A stretch of 64,000 nucleotides of DNA from an uncultured Verrucomicrobiae bacterium (lineage in GTDB: Bacteria > Verrucomicrobiota > Verrucomicrobiia > Limisphaerales > Palsa-1400), in the NCBI GenBank assembly GCA_963702845.1, contig OY969763.1, positions 3,968,001 through 4,032,000 of the forward strand. Direction: 5' to 3'. How positions within the stretch are numbered: the stretch's first letter is position 1; each line of letters opens with the position of its first letter. Below, piece after piece: positions 8,228-18,848 of the stretch. The notes beneath the pieces are model-generated. The model was not told the DNA's origin and searched no databases. It saw nothing but the letters and a program-made list of their open reading frames with translations. The position numbers and the translations under genes are program-made.

Positions 8228-10639
8228 TTAGAGATCGGGCGTGGCGACCGGCTTGTTCGTCATGTAAGACGTACCGTTATTGTATTGGTAAGGCTGGCTC
8301 GACACCTTTTTCTTTTCCTGCTTTGCATCGCGCTCTTCACGGGCTTTGCGGATTTCGTCGTCGTTCTTCAACTGCTCTTCGATCTTGCGATAGCGTTCTT
8401 CTTCTTCGATGCGCAGGTCGCGTTCGCCTTGTTTGACGCCCGAGAGACGATTGCGTTCTTCGGTCGCAAACTTAGCTGCGATTTCAGGTGTGGGCAACAC
8501 GGTCGGGCGAATTAAGACGATGAGTTCGTCCTGGTCCGACGAGTCCTTGCTGCTGCGGAATAACACGCCGATACCGGGAATGTCTTTAAGGAACGGCACG
8601 CCGGAATTGCTCTTCGACTTCGTTGAGCGAATAAACCCGCCGAGAATGACTGTTTCGCGATCTTTGACCGCGACCTTCGCTTCGGCCTGGCGTTTGCTCG
8701 TGATGGGCACGTCGTTCTGGTCGATCTTGGTCGTGCCGCTGACTTCTTCGATGTTCTGCCGGATGTCCATGACGACGAGGCCGTCCGGATTAATCAACGG
8801 CAACACTTCGAGACTGATACCCACTTCTTTTTGGGTGTATTGCGAACTGCCGAGACCGCCGCTGTAACCACCATAATAACTACCGGTGATGTAAGGAATG
8901 GTTTGACCGTTGAAGAGTAGCGCGGGAACGGCGTGCGAGGTTTGAATGCGCGGACGGGATAGAATCGTGGCGCGACTATCGGATTCGATTGCTTCAACGG
9001 CGACGTCGAAGTTGTTGAACTTGCCGATCGCGCTGAGTCCACCGGGAAGAGCGGTGAGACCGGAAATGGGGATGCTGTTACTGCCCTGAGTAGTGGTCGC
9101 GGTACCGTTGAGGAACGACGATGCAGTCCCACTCAGATTGTTAACGCCGCCGGCAAAGTTGCCGTTCTTGGCGCTACCTGACGCTAGGTAACTCACACTG
9201 AGATTTCGATCCTTCGTCAACGCGACGTCCACGATGATGGCTTCAATGAGAACTTGAGCGAGGACAACGTCGAGCTTGCTGACGATCAACTTGATCATCT
9301 TCATGTCGTCGTCGTTCGCGAAAATCAGCAACGAATTAGTGCGTTCGTCGGCGATGATTTTGGTCTGGCCGAGAATTTGGAAGTCGCCGCCACCGGGACC
9401 GCCGCCAGGCCCCCCGGCCGCGTTCTTGATGATGCGGGCCAGATTGTTTTGGAAGCTAGAACGCGTGGTCGTGCCGGGCGATGCCAAAGAGCTCGTGCCT
9501 TGAACACCGGTATTGCCGTATCCAGGCTGGCCGGGAACATTTCCGCCTTGACCGTAGGCACCACCACTACCACTGCCGCCGATGCCGCTGCCACCACTGA
9601 TTCCCCGGCTCGCACCTAAACCACCGCCGGATTGATGGCTGCCCACTGAAACCGTGCCGCCGCCGCCGCCGCTCAAGCTGCTGAGCGCATTGGCCATGTC
9701 GCTGGCGAGCGCGTATTTGATCGGGATCACTTCGGGCTTCACTTCCATCGGAGAGCTCACGTCGATCTTCTCGACGATTTCCATCATGCGCTTCACGTTT
9801 TCAGCGTAGTCGCGCAAGACCAAGGTTTGCGTGCTCGGAATGAAAATAATGCTGTTCGGCGATTTGCTGAACGGAGTCAAAGCTTGCGCGATGTCCTGGC
9901 CGGCGTACTTGAGCTGAACAATCTGGGTGATGTATCGGCCCACATCAGGCAACTGCGCGGCAGAGGTGGTATTGAACGCTCCACCGACTGTTCCGGCGAC
10001 CGCATCAGGAACCACTTTCAGAAACTTTTCACCGACAGGCACAACGGTGACGCCATTCATGCCAAGCACGGCTTCCAACGCCATGATCGCTTCACGGCGT
10101 GTTAATTTATGGCCCGGACGAGTTTTCAAGGTGATGAGCGTGCCTGGAGCAACAAGCGCCGCGCCATTATTCGCACGCAAAATCGTGCGGTTTACCAGTT
10201 CCGCGTATTCGTCCAAAATTTGCTCAACCGGAGTGGCAATAAAGTTGTAATCGTAACTCGGGACATCGTCCGGATTTGCCAGGGCACCTGGCTGCATCGC
10301 CATTCCAGGCGCTGGCGCAGGCACACCAGCAGCGCCGGGAAGAACTGAAGTGCCACCAGGAGTGCCGGGGGCAGCAGTTTGCGGAAATCCAGCGGGCGGA
10401 ACGGAAGGAAATGAAGGGAATGCGGGTTTGGCTTTCGCGGCGATCGGCGTCACATTGCCGGAGGTCAAAGTTGTCGCCGTGTTTGTCCCCGACGAAACAT
10501 GCGGGCGGAAGGGTTTCGAAGGGCGATTTGGCAGGGCCACTGTGCTGGCCTGAGCCAGAAGCAGATCATCCGCGTTTGCCCGGAAGTCTGGCACAAGCGC
10601 CAGCAACAGGAGCGAACAATAAAACGATTTCGAACTCAT
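8228..10639 (-). CDS. gspD: Type II secretion secretin GspD
   Basis: IIADERTNSL, QVLIEAIIVDV, SGVPFLKDIPGIGVLF, ELIVLIRP. Confidence 0.92.
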   Translation of the reverse strand: MSSKSFYCSLLLLALVPDFRANADDLLLAQASTVALPNRPSKPFRPHVSSGTNTATTLTSGNVTPIAAKAKPAFPSFPSVPPAGFPQTAAPGTPGGTSVLPGAAGVPAPAPGMAMQPGALANPDDVPSYDYNFIATPVEQILDEYAELVNRTILRANNGAALVAPGTLITLKTRPGHKLTRREAIMALEAVLGMNGVTVVPVGEKFLKVVPDAVAGTVGGAFNTTSAAQLPDVGRYITQIVQLKYAGQDIAQALTPFSKSPNSIIFIPSTQTLVLRDYAENVKRMMEIVEKIDVSSPMEVKPEVIPIKYALASDMANALSSLSGGGGGTVSVGSHQSGGGLGASRGISGGSGIGGSGSGGAYGQGGNVPGQPGYGNTGVQGTSSLASPGTTTRSSFQNNLARIIKNAAGGPGGGPGGGDFQILGQTKIIADERTNSLLIFANDDDMKMIKLIVSKLDVVLAQVLIEAIIVDVALTKDRNLSVSYLASGSAKNGNFAGGVNNLSGTASSFLNGTATTTQGSNSIPISGLTALPGGLSAIGKFNNFDVAVEAIESDSRATILSRPRIQTSHAVPALLFNGQTIPYITGSYYGGYSGGLGSSQYTQKEVGISLEVLPLINPDGLVVMDIRQNIEEVSGTTKIDQNDVPITSKRQAEAKVAVKDRETVILGGFIRSTKSKSNSGVPFLKDIPGIGVLFRSSKDSSDQDELIVLIRPTVLPTPEIAAKFATEERNRLSGVKQGERDLRIEEEERYRKIEEQLKNDDEIRKAREERDAKQEKKKVSSQPYQYNNGTSYMTNKPVATPDL

Positions 10640-11322
10640 AATTTTCCAGGAGGCTTTTTCTGCCCGGACGAATTCATCGTCGGCTTGGGCACTGCTGTCG
10701 CAGGTGGTCGTGCGGGCGTCGTTGTGGCACGCGCGGGTTCAGGCTGCTTTTTTGGGAAATTGGCGCTGAGCAAAATGGTGCCGTTGAGCCGGAACCGGTT
10801 CTGGTCGGCAGGCTTCAAAGCAAGCTCGCGCACACGGATCATGGAACTGTCGTTCCCGATGTCATAAAGGAAATTCACAAGATTGCTCTCACCACATTGA
10901 ACACTGATGCGAAGCGAACGTTCCTCGAAAAATGCGTTCGTTTTGCCCATGTTGTAAGCCGTGGTCGGAGTATCGGTATATGACAGGACGGTGATGCCGT
11001 ATTGCGGCGCCTTTTCCTGGACCTTACGTTGCAACTGAATTTCGCGGGATCCCTCCAGATTGGCCCCGCTGCCCTGCTCTTTCATGAGCGCATCGATTTT
11101 AGCTTTGGTTCCACCCGATCGGATGTCCGTCTGGATTTTTTCGTAGTGATTGGTCCAGTCGAGGCGGCCTTTGTTGATCGCGGCCAAGGCGTTGCTTGCA
11201 TCCGCAAAATGCGGCCAGACAAACCATGCGTTTAACACGACGAACACGACCACCGCCACAACAATCACGACGCGGCGTTCATGCGGACGCAGATTCAACT
11301 TTTCAAGAAAGTTCTTCTTCAT
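10636..11322 (-). CDS. GspM/PilO-like inner-membrane platform protein
   Basis: LRPHERR followed by a TM helix and periplasmic domain; lies between the gspL-like gene and gspD. Confidence 0.65.
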   Translation of the reverse strand: MKKNFLEKLNLRPHERRVVIVVAVVVFVVLNAWFVWPHFADASNALAAINKGRLDWTNHYEKIQTDIRSGGTKAKIDALMKEQGSGANLEGSREIQLQRKVQEKAPQYGITVLSYTDTPTTAYNMGKTNAFFEERSLRISVQCGESNLVNFLYDIGNDSSMIRVRELALKPADQNRFRLNGTILLSANFPKKQPEPARATTTPARPPATAVPKPTMNSSGQKKPPGKL

Positions 11323-12776
11323 CGGGTACCCTCGTATCCTTTCGTGAAACAGGAGAATCTCCATTCCGCCCTGTCGCCGCGAATTGTGACCGCTGGCGGG
11401 CCGACTTCATTGAATACTGGCGCGTTGTTCGATTTGGCGGCGCGCAAGGCGTCGTTGAATTCGGTGATAGCAAGCTGGGCGTCGGCAGGCGCCGAGCCGC
11501 GTAAATCTAATTTACCATGCTGAAACCCCATGTCGTCGAGCGTGATATCGGTCGGCATGTTCTGCGCAACGGCCTTCCAGCAATCAAGCGCGGCGTATTT
11601 GAGTTCCTGCCGATCCTGGAGAATGCGCAGTTGTTCGTCGTTCTTGAGCGCATTCGTATACGTAAGATTCATCGACTTGACGCTGTCGGTCACGGTTGAT
11701 GCCTTATAATTGAGCACCAGGACGACCGCGAAATAAACAACGACGGCAACGCCGTAGAGCACGAGCGCGCTGAACAATGCACGCATCCATAAGCCGTCGA
11801 TAAACTGCTGGCGATAACGGTGCCCGTAATCCTCCGGTAATAAATTCGTGGTCGATCCATCGTGCGCGGCGGATTCCGCAGTTTTACCAGCGGCATCAGC
11901 GGGCTTGAGCGCCGGGGTAATCTGAATGGAGGCGAGAGCCGATCCGGCAATCCCATTGGGATTGGTTAATTCGGATTCGGCGGTGCGTCGCAAGACGGGT
12001 TCCCAGACCTGAACCTGCTCCGGCGTGGCGACGAGATGAATAGAGGGGGGTTCGGTCAGCCAACCTTCCAGTTCGCCTGCCCACGCCATTTGTTCGATCT
12101 GGCTTTTAAGCAATTCGCCACTGTCCTCTCCGGGTGGAATGGAAACGATCGTGAGGTTATGCAACGTTCCGTTGGCCCACCATGCAATCAACACCGGTTC
12201 ACCGGGCCCATTTGGATAAAACCAAACGCCGTTGCTAGCTTCCTTCGTTGCGAGCAACTGCTCGAGTCCGAGAACTTCCAAGCGGTCGGCGAGGAAACCT
12301 TGATTCTCGAGTTCACCCAAAAATTCTTCGACATAACTGCGCGCCGCAATGATAACAATGACCGTTTGCAGCGGCATCGAGGTGGTTGCCGCAGGTTCGC
12401 CCTCGGCAGTAGCCACGGGCGTGGGCGCTTTTGTCGCGTTTGGCAGCACTTGAATGCTCCAAACGATTTGCGTCACCGGAAGTGGTGAAAGTTTTTCAAT
12501 TTGCAGTTCGACCATCGAACGGATTTCGTTGAGGTCACTGCTCGGCAGTTGAATAGCGCGTAAGAAAACTTTATCGGCGGGCAACCACGCGACATTGAGT
12601 TTGCTGCGCAGGAGCGTACGCCAGTCTTTAGCGACGAGATCAGCGGGGAGCGGCTCGTTAACGCCGAGCTTCTGTTCTTCAGCGAACGCGAAACCAGTGC
12701 CGTTGGCGTTGAACCGCCAAAGCTGCCGGCCACCGGGCGTTGTGTGAAGAACGTTTGCGGATTGCCAGCGAGCCAT
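11319..12776 (-). CDS. GspL/PilM-PilN-like protein
   Basis: Cytoplasmic domain, NLLP motif before a TM helix, PilN-like C-terminus; follows gspE. Confidence 0.65.
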   Translation of the reverse strand: MARWQSANVLHTTPGGRQLWRFNANGTGFAFAEEQKLGVNEPLPADLVAKDWRTLLRSKLNVAWLPADKVFLRAIQLPSSDLNEIRSMVELQIEKLSPLPVTQIVWSIQVLPNATKAPTPVATAEGEPAATTSMPLQTVIVIIAARSYVEEFLGELENQGFLADRLEVLGLEQLLATKEASNGVWFYPNGPGEPVLIAWWANGTLHNLTIVSIPPGEDSGELLKSQIEQMAWAGELEGWLTEPPSIHLVATPEQVQVWEPVLRRTAESELTNPNGIAGSALASIQITPALKPADAAGKTAESAAHDGSTTNLLPEDYGHRYRQQFIDGLWMRALFSALVLYGVAVVVYFAVVLVLNYKASTVTDSVKSMNLTYTNALKNDEQLRILQDRQELKYAALDCWKAVAQNMPTDITLDDMGFQHGKLDLRGSAPADAQLAITEFNDALRAAKSNNAPVFNEVGPPAVTIRGDRAEWRFSCFTKGYEGTR

Positions 12777-14541
12777 TAGGCGGTCGCTCCTTTCACCCAC
12801 ACGTCCGCTTTGTCGTCCATGAGTGATTTCAGGTGTTCTTCCGTTTGGGTGACGCGGAGCACTTCTTCAATCGTGGTCTGGCCCGCCGTAACTTTCTTCC
12901 AACCATCTGTGCGCAAGGTGCGCATGCCGTGTTCCATGGCGCGTGCGGCGATGGTCGTCGACGCGGCGCGGCTGAGAATGAGCGGGCGAATGCCTTCGTC
13001 CATGAAGAGCAATTCGTAAATACCCATGTCGGCCTTGATAGCCAAGCTGGCGGCATTCCTCGCAACCGGCGCCCTTGTAAAATTTGCTGGTCTCGATTTC
13101 GTTCCTCGGGAAAACCGATGCGACGCAGGTAATCGCGCTCCACCTTTTGTTCGGTCTTGCAGTGTTTGCAAATGGTGCGGACGAGACGTTGCGCGAGCAC
13201 CGCTTCGACGGAGGAGGCGACGAGGAACGGCTCGATGCCCATGTCGATCAAACGGGTAAATGCGCTCGGCGCGTCATTGGTGTGCAGCGTGCTGAAGACC
13301 AAGTGACCGGTGAGCGCCGCGCGAATGGCGATTTCGGCGGTTTCAAGGTCGCGAATTTCGCCGACCATGATCACGTTGGGGTCCTGGCGCAAAATGTGGC
13401 GCAAACCCATCGCGAATGTCAGTCCGATATCGGAGCGCACGGCGATCTGGTTGATGCCTTTGAGTTCGTATTCGACCGGTTCTTCAATCGTGATGATACG
13501 TTTGGTGACCGAATTGATCGTGCTGAGAAACGCGTAAAGCGACGTTGATTTGCCGGAACCGGTCGGGCCGGTGACGAGGAAGATGCCGTGCGGTTTAACG
13601 ATGATTTCGCGAATGCGCGATTCTTCTTCCGGCTGCGAAAACCCAGTTTTTCGAGACCAAGGAAAATTTTACCGCGCGTCAGCAAACGCAACGAGACACT
13701 TTCGCCGTAAACGGTCGGAACGGTGGAAACGCGGATGTCGATTTCTTCGCCCTTGATACGGACATTGATACGACCGTCCTGCGGCAGCCGCTTTTCGGCG
13801 ATGTTCATGCCCGACATGACTTTGATACGGGAGATCAGCGACGCCTGGAACCGCTTCAACTGCGCGGGCATCGGGGTCTGGTGCAGAATGCCGTCGATGC
13901 GGTAACGGATGCGCAATTCGTCTTCGGCAGGTTCAAAGTGAATGTCCGTCGCGCGGTCTTTGAAGGCTTCCCAGATGATCTGGTTGACGAATTTGATGAC
14001 GCTGGCTTCCTGGTCGCCTTCGGTAATTTCCTTGTTCGTCGACAAGCAATTCCAGCGGCTCGTCGTCGTTGGACATTTCGTCAAGGGTTTCGGCGCCGAC
14101 GCCGTAATATTTTTTCAGCGCCTTCTCGATTTCGGCCTTGGGCGTCAAGCGCGAAATCGCACGGGCGTGCGAGCGTCGAATTGGACAGCACTGAGCATGG
14201 CCGCATCAAACGGATTGCTGACGGCGACATGAAGCTGGCCGTTTTCGAACTTGATCGGCAGAACGGTGAATTGGAATGCGACCTTGGTTGAGATGCGATC
14301 TGCGCGCGTCCTGCGAAACGTCGGTCTTGGGCAGGTCGATAAACGACCAGTTCAGGGCCTTGGCCAGTTCCTGCAAAAAAACGTCTTCGGCCACGCCGCG
14401 TTCCCGCGCAATAAAGGCCAGCAGCGAGTCTTGCGAACCGCTGTCGGCAGCCTTGCGCCACGCCTTGCTCCAATCCTCAAACTGCTGAGGAGTCGCCAAA
14501 GAATGACGGGCTAATAAACTTTTGATTGATGCGAATGCCAT
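12776..14541 (-). CDS. gspE: GspE/PilB secretion ATPase (split by several frameshifts)
   Basis: [45 protein letters not shown] and EEVLRVT spread over successive frames. Confidence 0.9.
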
Positions 14542-14671
14542 CTGACTTACCTACTTAAACAACAGAGAATAGTTAAAGTTGCGCGTTGGTCAACGGATTA
14601 ACCCGAGAAAACCTTAATTAATTAGAGGGAATTCCGGCCTGCAAAGATACACGAAACCTGAGTTTGCGCTA

Positions 14672-16271
14672 CTACATCTTCTTCAAAATCGTATCGCGTT
14701 TTCCCCAGGCCGGATCTGTTTTTAGATAGTCCAAATTGTAATGTAAACCGCGGCTTTCAGGCCGCGTCAAAGCGGAGGCGACAATCAATTCGGCGACGGT
14801 GGCGATGTTGCGCAGTTCGAGGAGGTCGTTGCTGACTGTGAAATCCCAATAGTATTGCTGGATTTCTTCCTGGAGGTTGGCGATCGCGTTCGCGCGCGCG
14901 TTGCAGACGTTTGTTCGTGCGCACGATGCCGACGTAGTCCCACATCAAGCGCCGGATTTCATCCCAGTTATGGGAAATGACGACGAGCTCATCGGGATTG
15001 GTGGCGTGGCCGGATTGCCAGGCAGGGATTTGGACGTCGACTTTTGGTTCGGGTTTGCGTGCGAGGCACGTTCGGCTGCGCGATGCCGCAAACGAGAGCT
15101 TCCAACAGAGAATTGCTGGCGAGACGATTGGCCCCGTGCAGCCCAGTGCAGGACACTTCGCCCACGGCATACAGGCCGGCGATATCGGTTTGGCCGTTCA
15201 CATCGGTCATGACGCCGCCGCATTGATAATGCGCGGCGGGAACCACGGGGATCGGTTCTTTGGTGATGTCGATGCCGTATTGCAGGCAGGTCGAATAGAT
15301 GTTCGGAAACCGCTCGCGGAGGAACTCGGCGGGCTTGAACGAAATATCCAGGAACACACAGTCCGCGCCGCTCTTCTTCATCTCGTTGTCGATTGCGCGC
15401 GCGACGATGTCGCGGGGCGCGAGCGATTTGAGCGGATGGTATTTGTCCATGAACTCCACGCCATCGCCATTCTTCAAAATGCCGCCCTCGCCACGGACGG
15501 CTTCGCTGATCAGGAACGATTTGGCTTTCGGGTGATAAAGGCACGTGGGATGGAACTGGATGAATTCCATGTTGGCGATGCGCGCTCCGGCTCGATAGGC
15601 CATGGCCACGCCGTCGCCGGTGGCGATATCCGGGTTGGTCGTGTAGAGATAAACTTTTCCGCAACCGCCCGTGGCCAGCAGGACCGTACTGGGCCGCGAA
15701 CGTTTCCACCTCGCCGGTTTTTGTCGCAGAGAACATAGGCGCCGACGCAACGGTTCTGCGCGTCGTCCTTTTTCAGTTTGCTGCGTGGTGATGAGGTCGA
15801 TGGCAAAATGGTTCTCGAAAATCTCGATGTTCGGGTTGCTGCGCAATGGCGGCGAGCAACGCGCGCTCGATCTCCCGCCCGGTGACGTCTTTGGCGTGCA
15901 GAATACGGCGCTTTGGAATGGCCACCTTCGCGCCCGAGATCCAACTCCTTCCGCCATTGCCCTTCCCGCTCGGAAAATTTCATTCCCAAGTCGATGAGTT
16001 CGGCGATGCGCGCCGGGCCTTCCTCGACGATCGTCCGAACAACATCCTCGTGGCAGAGACCGGCGCCGGATTCGAGCGTGTCGCGCACGTGCATCTCGAA
16101 CGAATCTTCTTTGCTCGTGACTGCGGCGATGCCGCCTTGGGCGTAGTTGGTGTTCGATTCGGCGCGCGATTTCTTGGTGACGATGGCCACGCGACCGAGC
16201 GGCGCGACTTTCAATGCGAACGAAAGTCCCGCGATGCCGCTGCCAAGAACCAAAAAATCAAATTGTTTCAT
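14672..16271 (-). CDS. nadB: L-aspartate oxidase (frameshifted)
   Basis: [47 protein letters not shown] across frames. Confidence 0.92.
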
Positions 16272-17125
16272 CTACAAAGTCGCATTGTCGATCAGCCGCG
16301 TTTTCCCAAAAAAGACTGCCAGGGCCATTTGCGTGCCGCGTCTCACGATCGTGACCGGCTCGAGCGTTTTCGCGTCGAAAAACTCAATGTAATCCAGTTT
16401 CGCTTTCGGCCGCGTGCGAATGTGGGCGGCAATTTGCGGCTTAAGCTGTTGCGCCGACACCGGCCTGTTTTTCACGGTCGCGCTGGCCTCGTCCAAAGCC
16501 TCGTGCAAGACGGTCGGCCTGGGCGCGCTGGTCTGCGGTCAAAAATTTATTCCGCGAACTCATCGCCAAACCATCGCCTCACGTAAGGTTGCCCCGAGCA
16601 ACATGACTTCACCGGAAAATTCAAATCGCGCACCATTCGTTGAACCATCGCCGCCTGCTGAAAATCTTTCGCACCAAACACGCGAAATTCGGAGCTGAAC
16701 AATGTTAAATAATTTGGCCACAACGGTGCAGACGCCTCGAAAATGCGATGGCCGCGAAATCGCCTTCCATCGATTTCGAAAGGGTTTCTTCCACTGACAA
16801 ACGTGCTGAAGTCTTCCGGATACATCTGTTTATCGCTCGGGATAAAAACAACATCGACGCCAGCGTCCTTGCAGAGCTGTTTATCGCGTCGCAAATCGCG
16901 CGGATACTTTTTCAGATCTTCGTTCGGCGCGAATTGGGTCGGATTAACGAAGATGCTGACCACGACTTTACTCTTTGCGCCGACCGCTTTGCGCGCGCGT
17001 TGGACAAGACTGAGATGTCCCTCGTGCAAATAGCCCATCGTCGGAACAAACGCGACGCACATGCCGGAATTTTTCCAGGCGCGCGATTGCTGCTGCATTG
17101 CGGAAATAGTGCTAACGACTCGCAC
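16272..17125 (-). CDS. panC: Pantoate-beta-alanine ligase (frameshifted)
   Basis: VPTMGYLHEGH, SIFVNPTQF, FGAKDFQQ, C-terminal TRLIDN. Confidence 0.92.
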
Positions 17126-17251
17126 TCCTTGCAAATTAGGAACAACCGCGGCAGTGGCAAGAGGATTTGAACGGGTATCAAGTCGCGCGCAAAACGATGT
17201 AAAAACGGGGGTAAAATCGCACCGTGAAATAGCGCGAAGTTTTTGCAGGGC

Positions 17252-18610
17252 TGTGGGTTGAGCGGGCAGGTTCAGAACATAGGTAACACAGATGGTTTAG
17301 AATATGGGTAACATTTTATAGGTAGAGACAGCGTTGAGAGACGTTGTCGATGCCGTGGAAAGAGACCGAGAAGATGGATCAACGAATCGAGTTGGCGATC
17401 AAGTCGATGAACTGTGTGAACTTTCGTGAGCTGTGTGGCGAGTATGGGATCAGCACCAAGACCGGATACAAGTGGCGGGAACGCTTTATAGCGCGCGGGC
17501 TGGACGGCATGAGTGATTTGAGTCGCCGTCCGCACGCTCACGCCGATCAGCTCACCGAGCAGGTGGTCTGTGAGATCGTGCGTTTAAAGACGGCCCATCC
17601 GCATTGGGGGCCGCGCAAGGTTGCCGCATTGTATCAACGCAAGCATGGAGGAGAAGCTCCCAGCGAAAGCAGTTTCAAACGAGTTTTTGAACGTGCCGGG
17701 TTGACGGTGCCGCGGCGACTGCGGCGCAGCAGTGAAGCGGGTCGATTGACCAGCGGCATCAAGGCAGAGAAGCCCAACGATATCTGGACAGTGGACTTCA
17801 AAGGCTGGTGGAAGGACCGCGACGGGTTACGTGTTGAGCCATTGACGGTAAGAGACGAATACAGTCGCATGCTATTGGATATGCGGATACTGGGCGACAG
17901 CCGGACCGAATCGGTGCAGGCATGCTTCGAGGGGCTCTTTGAACGTTACGGCTTGCCGGCAGCGATCCGAAGCGATAATGGCAGTCCCTTTGCCAGCGCT
18001 CGATCGCTGTTGGGTTTGAGCAGGCTCTCGGTGTGGTGGTTGGCCTTGGGCATTGATTTAGAGCGTAGTCGTCCTGGTTGTCCGCAGGACAATGGGGGTC
18101 ATGAGCGGATGCATCGAGACGTGCGTCAAGAGTTGCAAGCCGGTCGCGTAGGGCGCGATCAAGCGGCCTTTGATGTGTGGCGCGATGAATATAATCAGGA
18201 GCGGCCACACGAGGCCTTGGAGATGAAAATGCCGGCGGAAGTCTATTGTCGCTCGGACCGGCGATTTGAAGGCACACCGGATAACATCGAATATGAGGGC
18301 GCTGACCGACGAAAAATCAGTAAGCCGGGCGGTAGCATTCGATACGGGGGTGAAGAGATATTTATCACGACTGCATTGAATGGGTGGTCGGTGGGCCTGA
18401 GACCGCGAACCGATGGGCTGATAGAGATATGGTTCAGCAAACTTTTGCTGGGTCATTTAGATCCGGGCACGTTCGCCTTTGAGCCTGCCCGTACGGGCAG
18501 GCTCAAAGGCGAGGAACCAAAACAGAAAGAAGTGTAACCCTAAACAACAAATGTGTTACCTATGTATTGAACCAAAAGTGTTACCGATGTTTGCCTCTCG
18601 GTGTTTTGCA
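17252..18610 (+). mobile_element. IS481-family insertion sequence (outer ends approximate)
   Basis: Transposase flanked by inverted, internally repeated motifs: GGTTCAGAACATAGGTAACACA (17269-17290) vs TGTGTTACCTATGTATTGAACC (18552-18573), with second copies at 17294-17313 and 18578-18592. Confidence 0.8.
17350..18537 (+). CDS. IS481-family DDE transposase (HTH + integrase core)
   Basis: MPWKET start, GISTKTGYKW HTH, WTVDFKG, SDNGSPF, NGGHERMH, YNQERPHEAL. Confidence 0.92.
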   Translation: MPWKETEKMDQRIELAIKSMNCVNFRELCGEYGISTKTGYKWRERFIARGLDGMSDLSRRPHAHADQLTEQVVCEIVRLKTAHPHWGPRKVAALYQRKHGGEAPSESSFKRVFERAGLTVPRRLRRSSEAGRLTSGIKAEKPNDIWTVDFKGWWKDRDGLRVEPLTVRDEYSRMLLDMRILGDSRTESVQACFEGLFERYGLPAAIRSDNGSPFASARSLLGLSRLSVWWLALGIDLERSRPGCPQDNGGHERMHRDVRQELQAGRVGRDQAAFDVWRDEYNQERPHEALEMKMPAEVYCRSDRRFEGTPDNIEYEGADRRKISKPGGSIRYGGEEIFITTALNGWSVGLRPRTDGLIEIWFSKLLLGHLDPGTFAFEPARTGRLKGEEPKQKEV

Positions 18611-18848
18611 TAGGGTGCTGCAATCTCAAATTTCATATTTCAAATTTCGACCTGAACACCCTAAGGCGGCAGGCAACTGGATTATATAGTGAAGTCACTG
18701 CTTGTCAATCAGTGTAGATTTTGGTGGCCTGAATTTAACGCAAAGGCGCAAAGGTGCAGAGAACGCAAAGAGCCGTGTTTTCACTTTGTGCGGAATCGCG
18801 CCTGCCGTTTGCCGTGGACAAAAAGTGGGTAGGTCAAACACACTGACC

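Noticed and set aside
9480..9680. Gly/Ser-rich low-complexity repeat in gspD
   Set aside because: A disordered loop in the N3 region is common in secretins.
12776..17125. Pseudogene calls for gspE, nadB, panC (also secA, mutS)
   Set aside because: Motifs remain intact and the breaks cluster regionally, as expected for sequencing indels.
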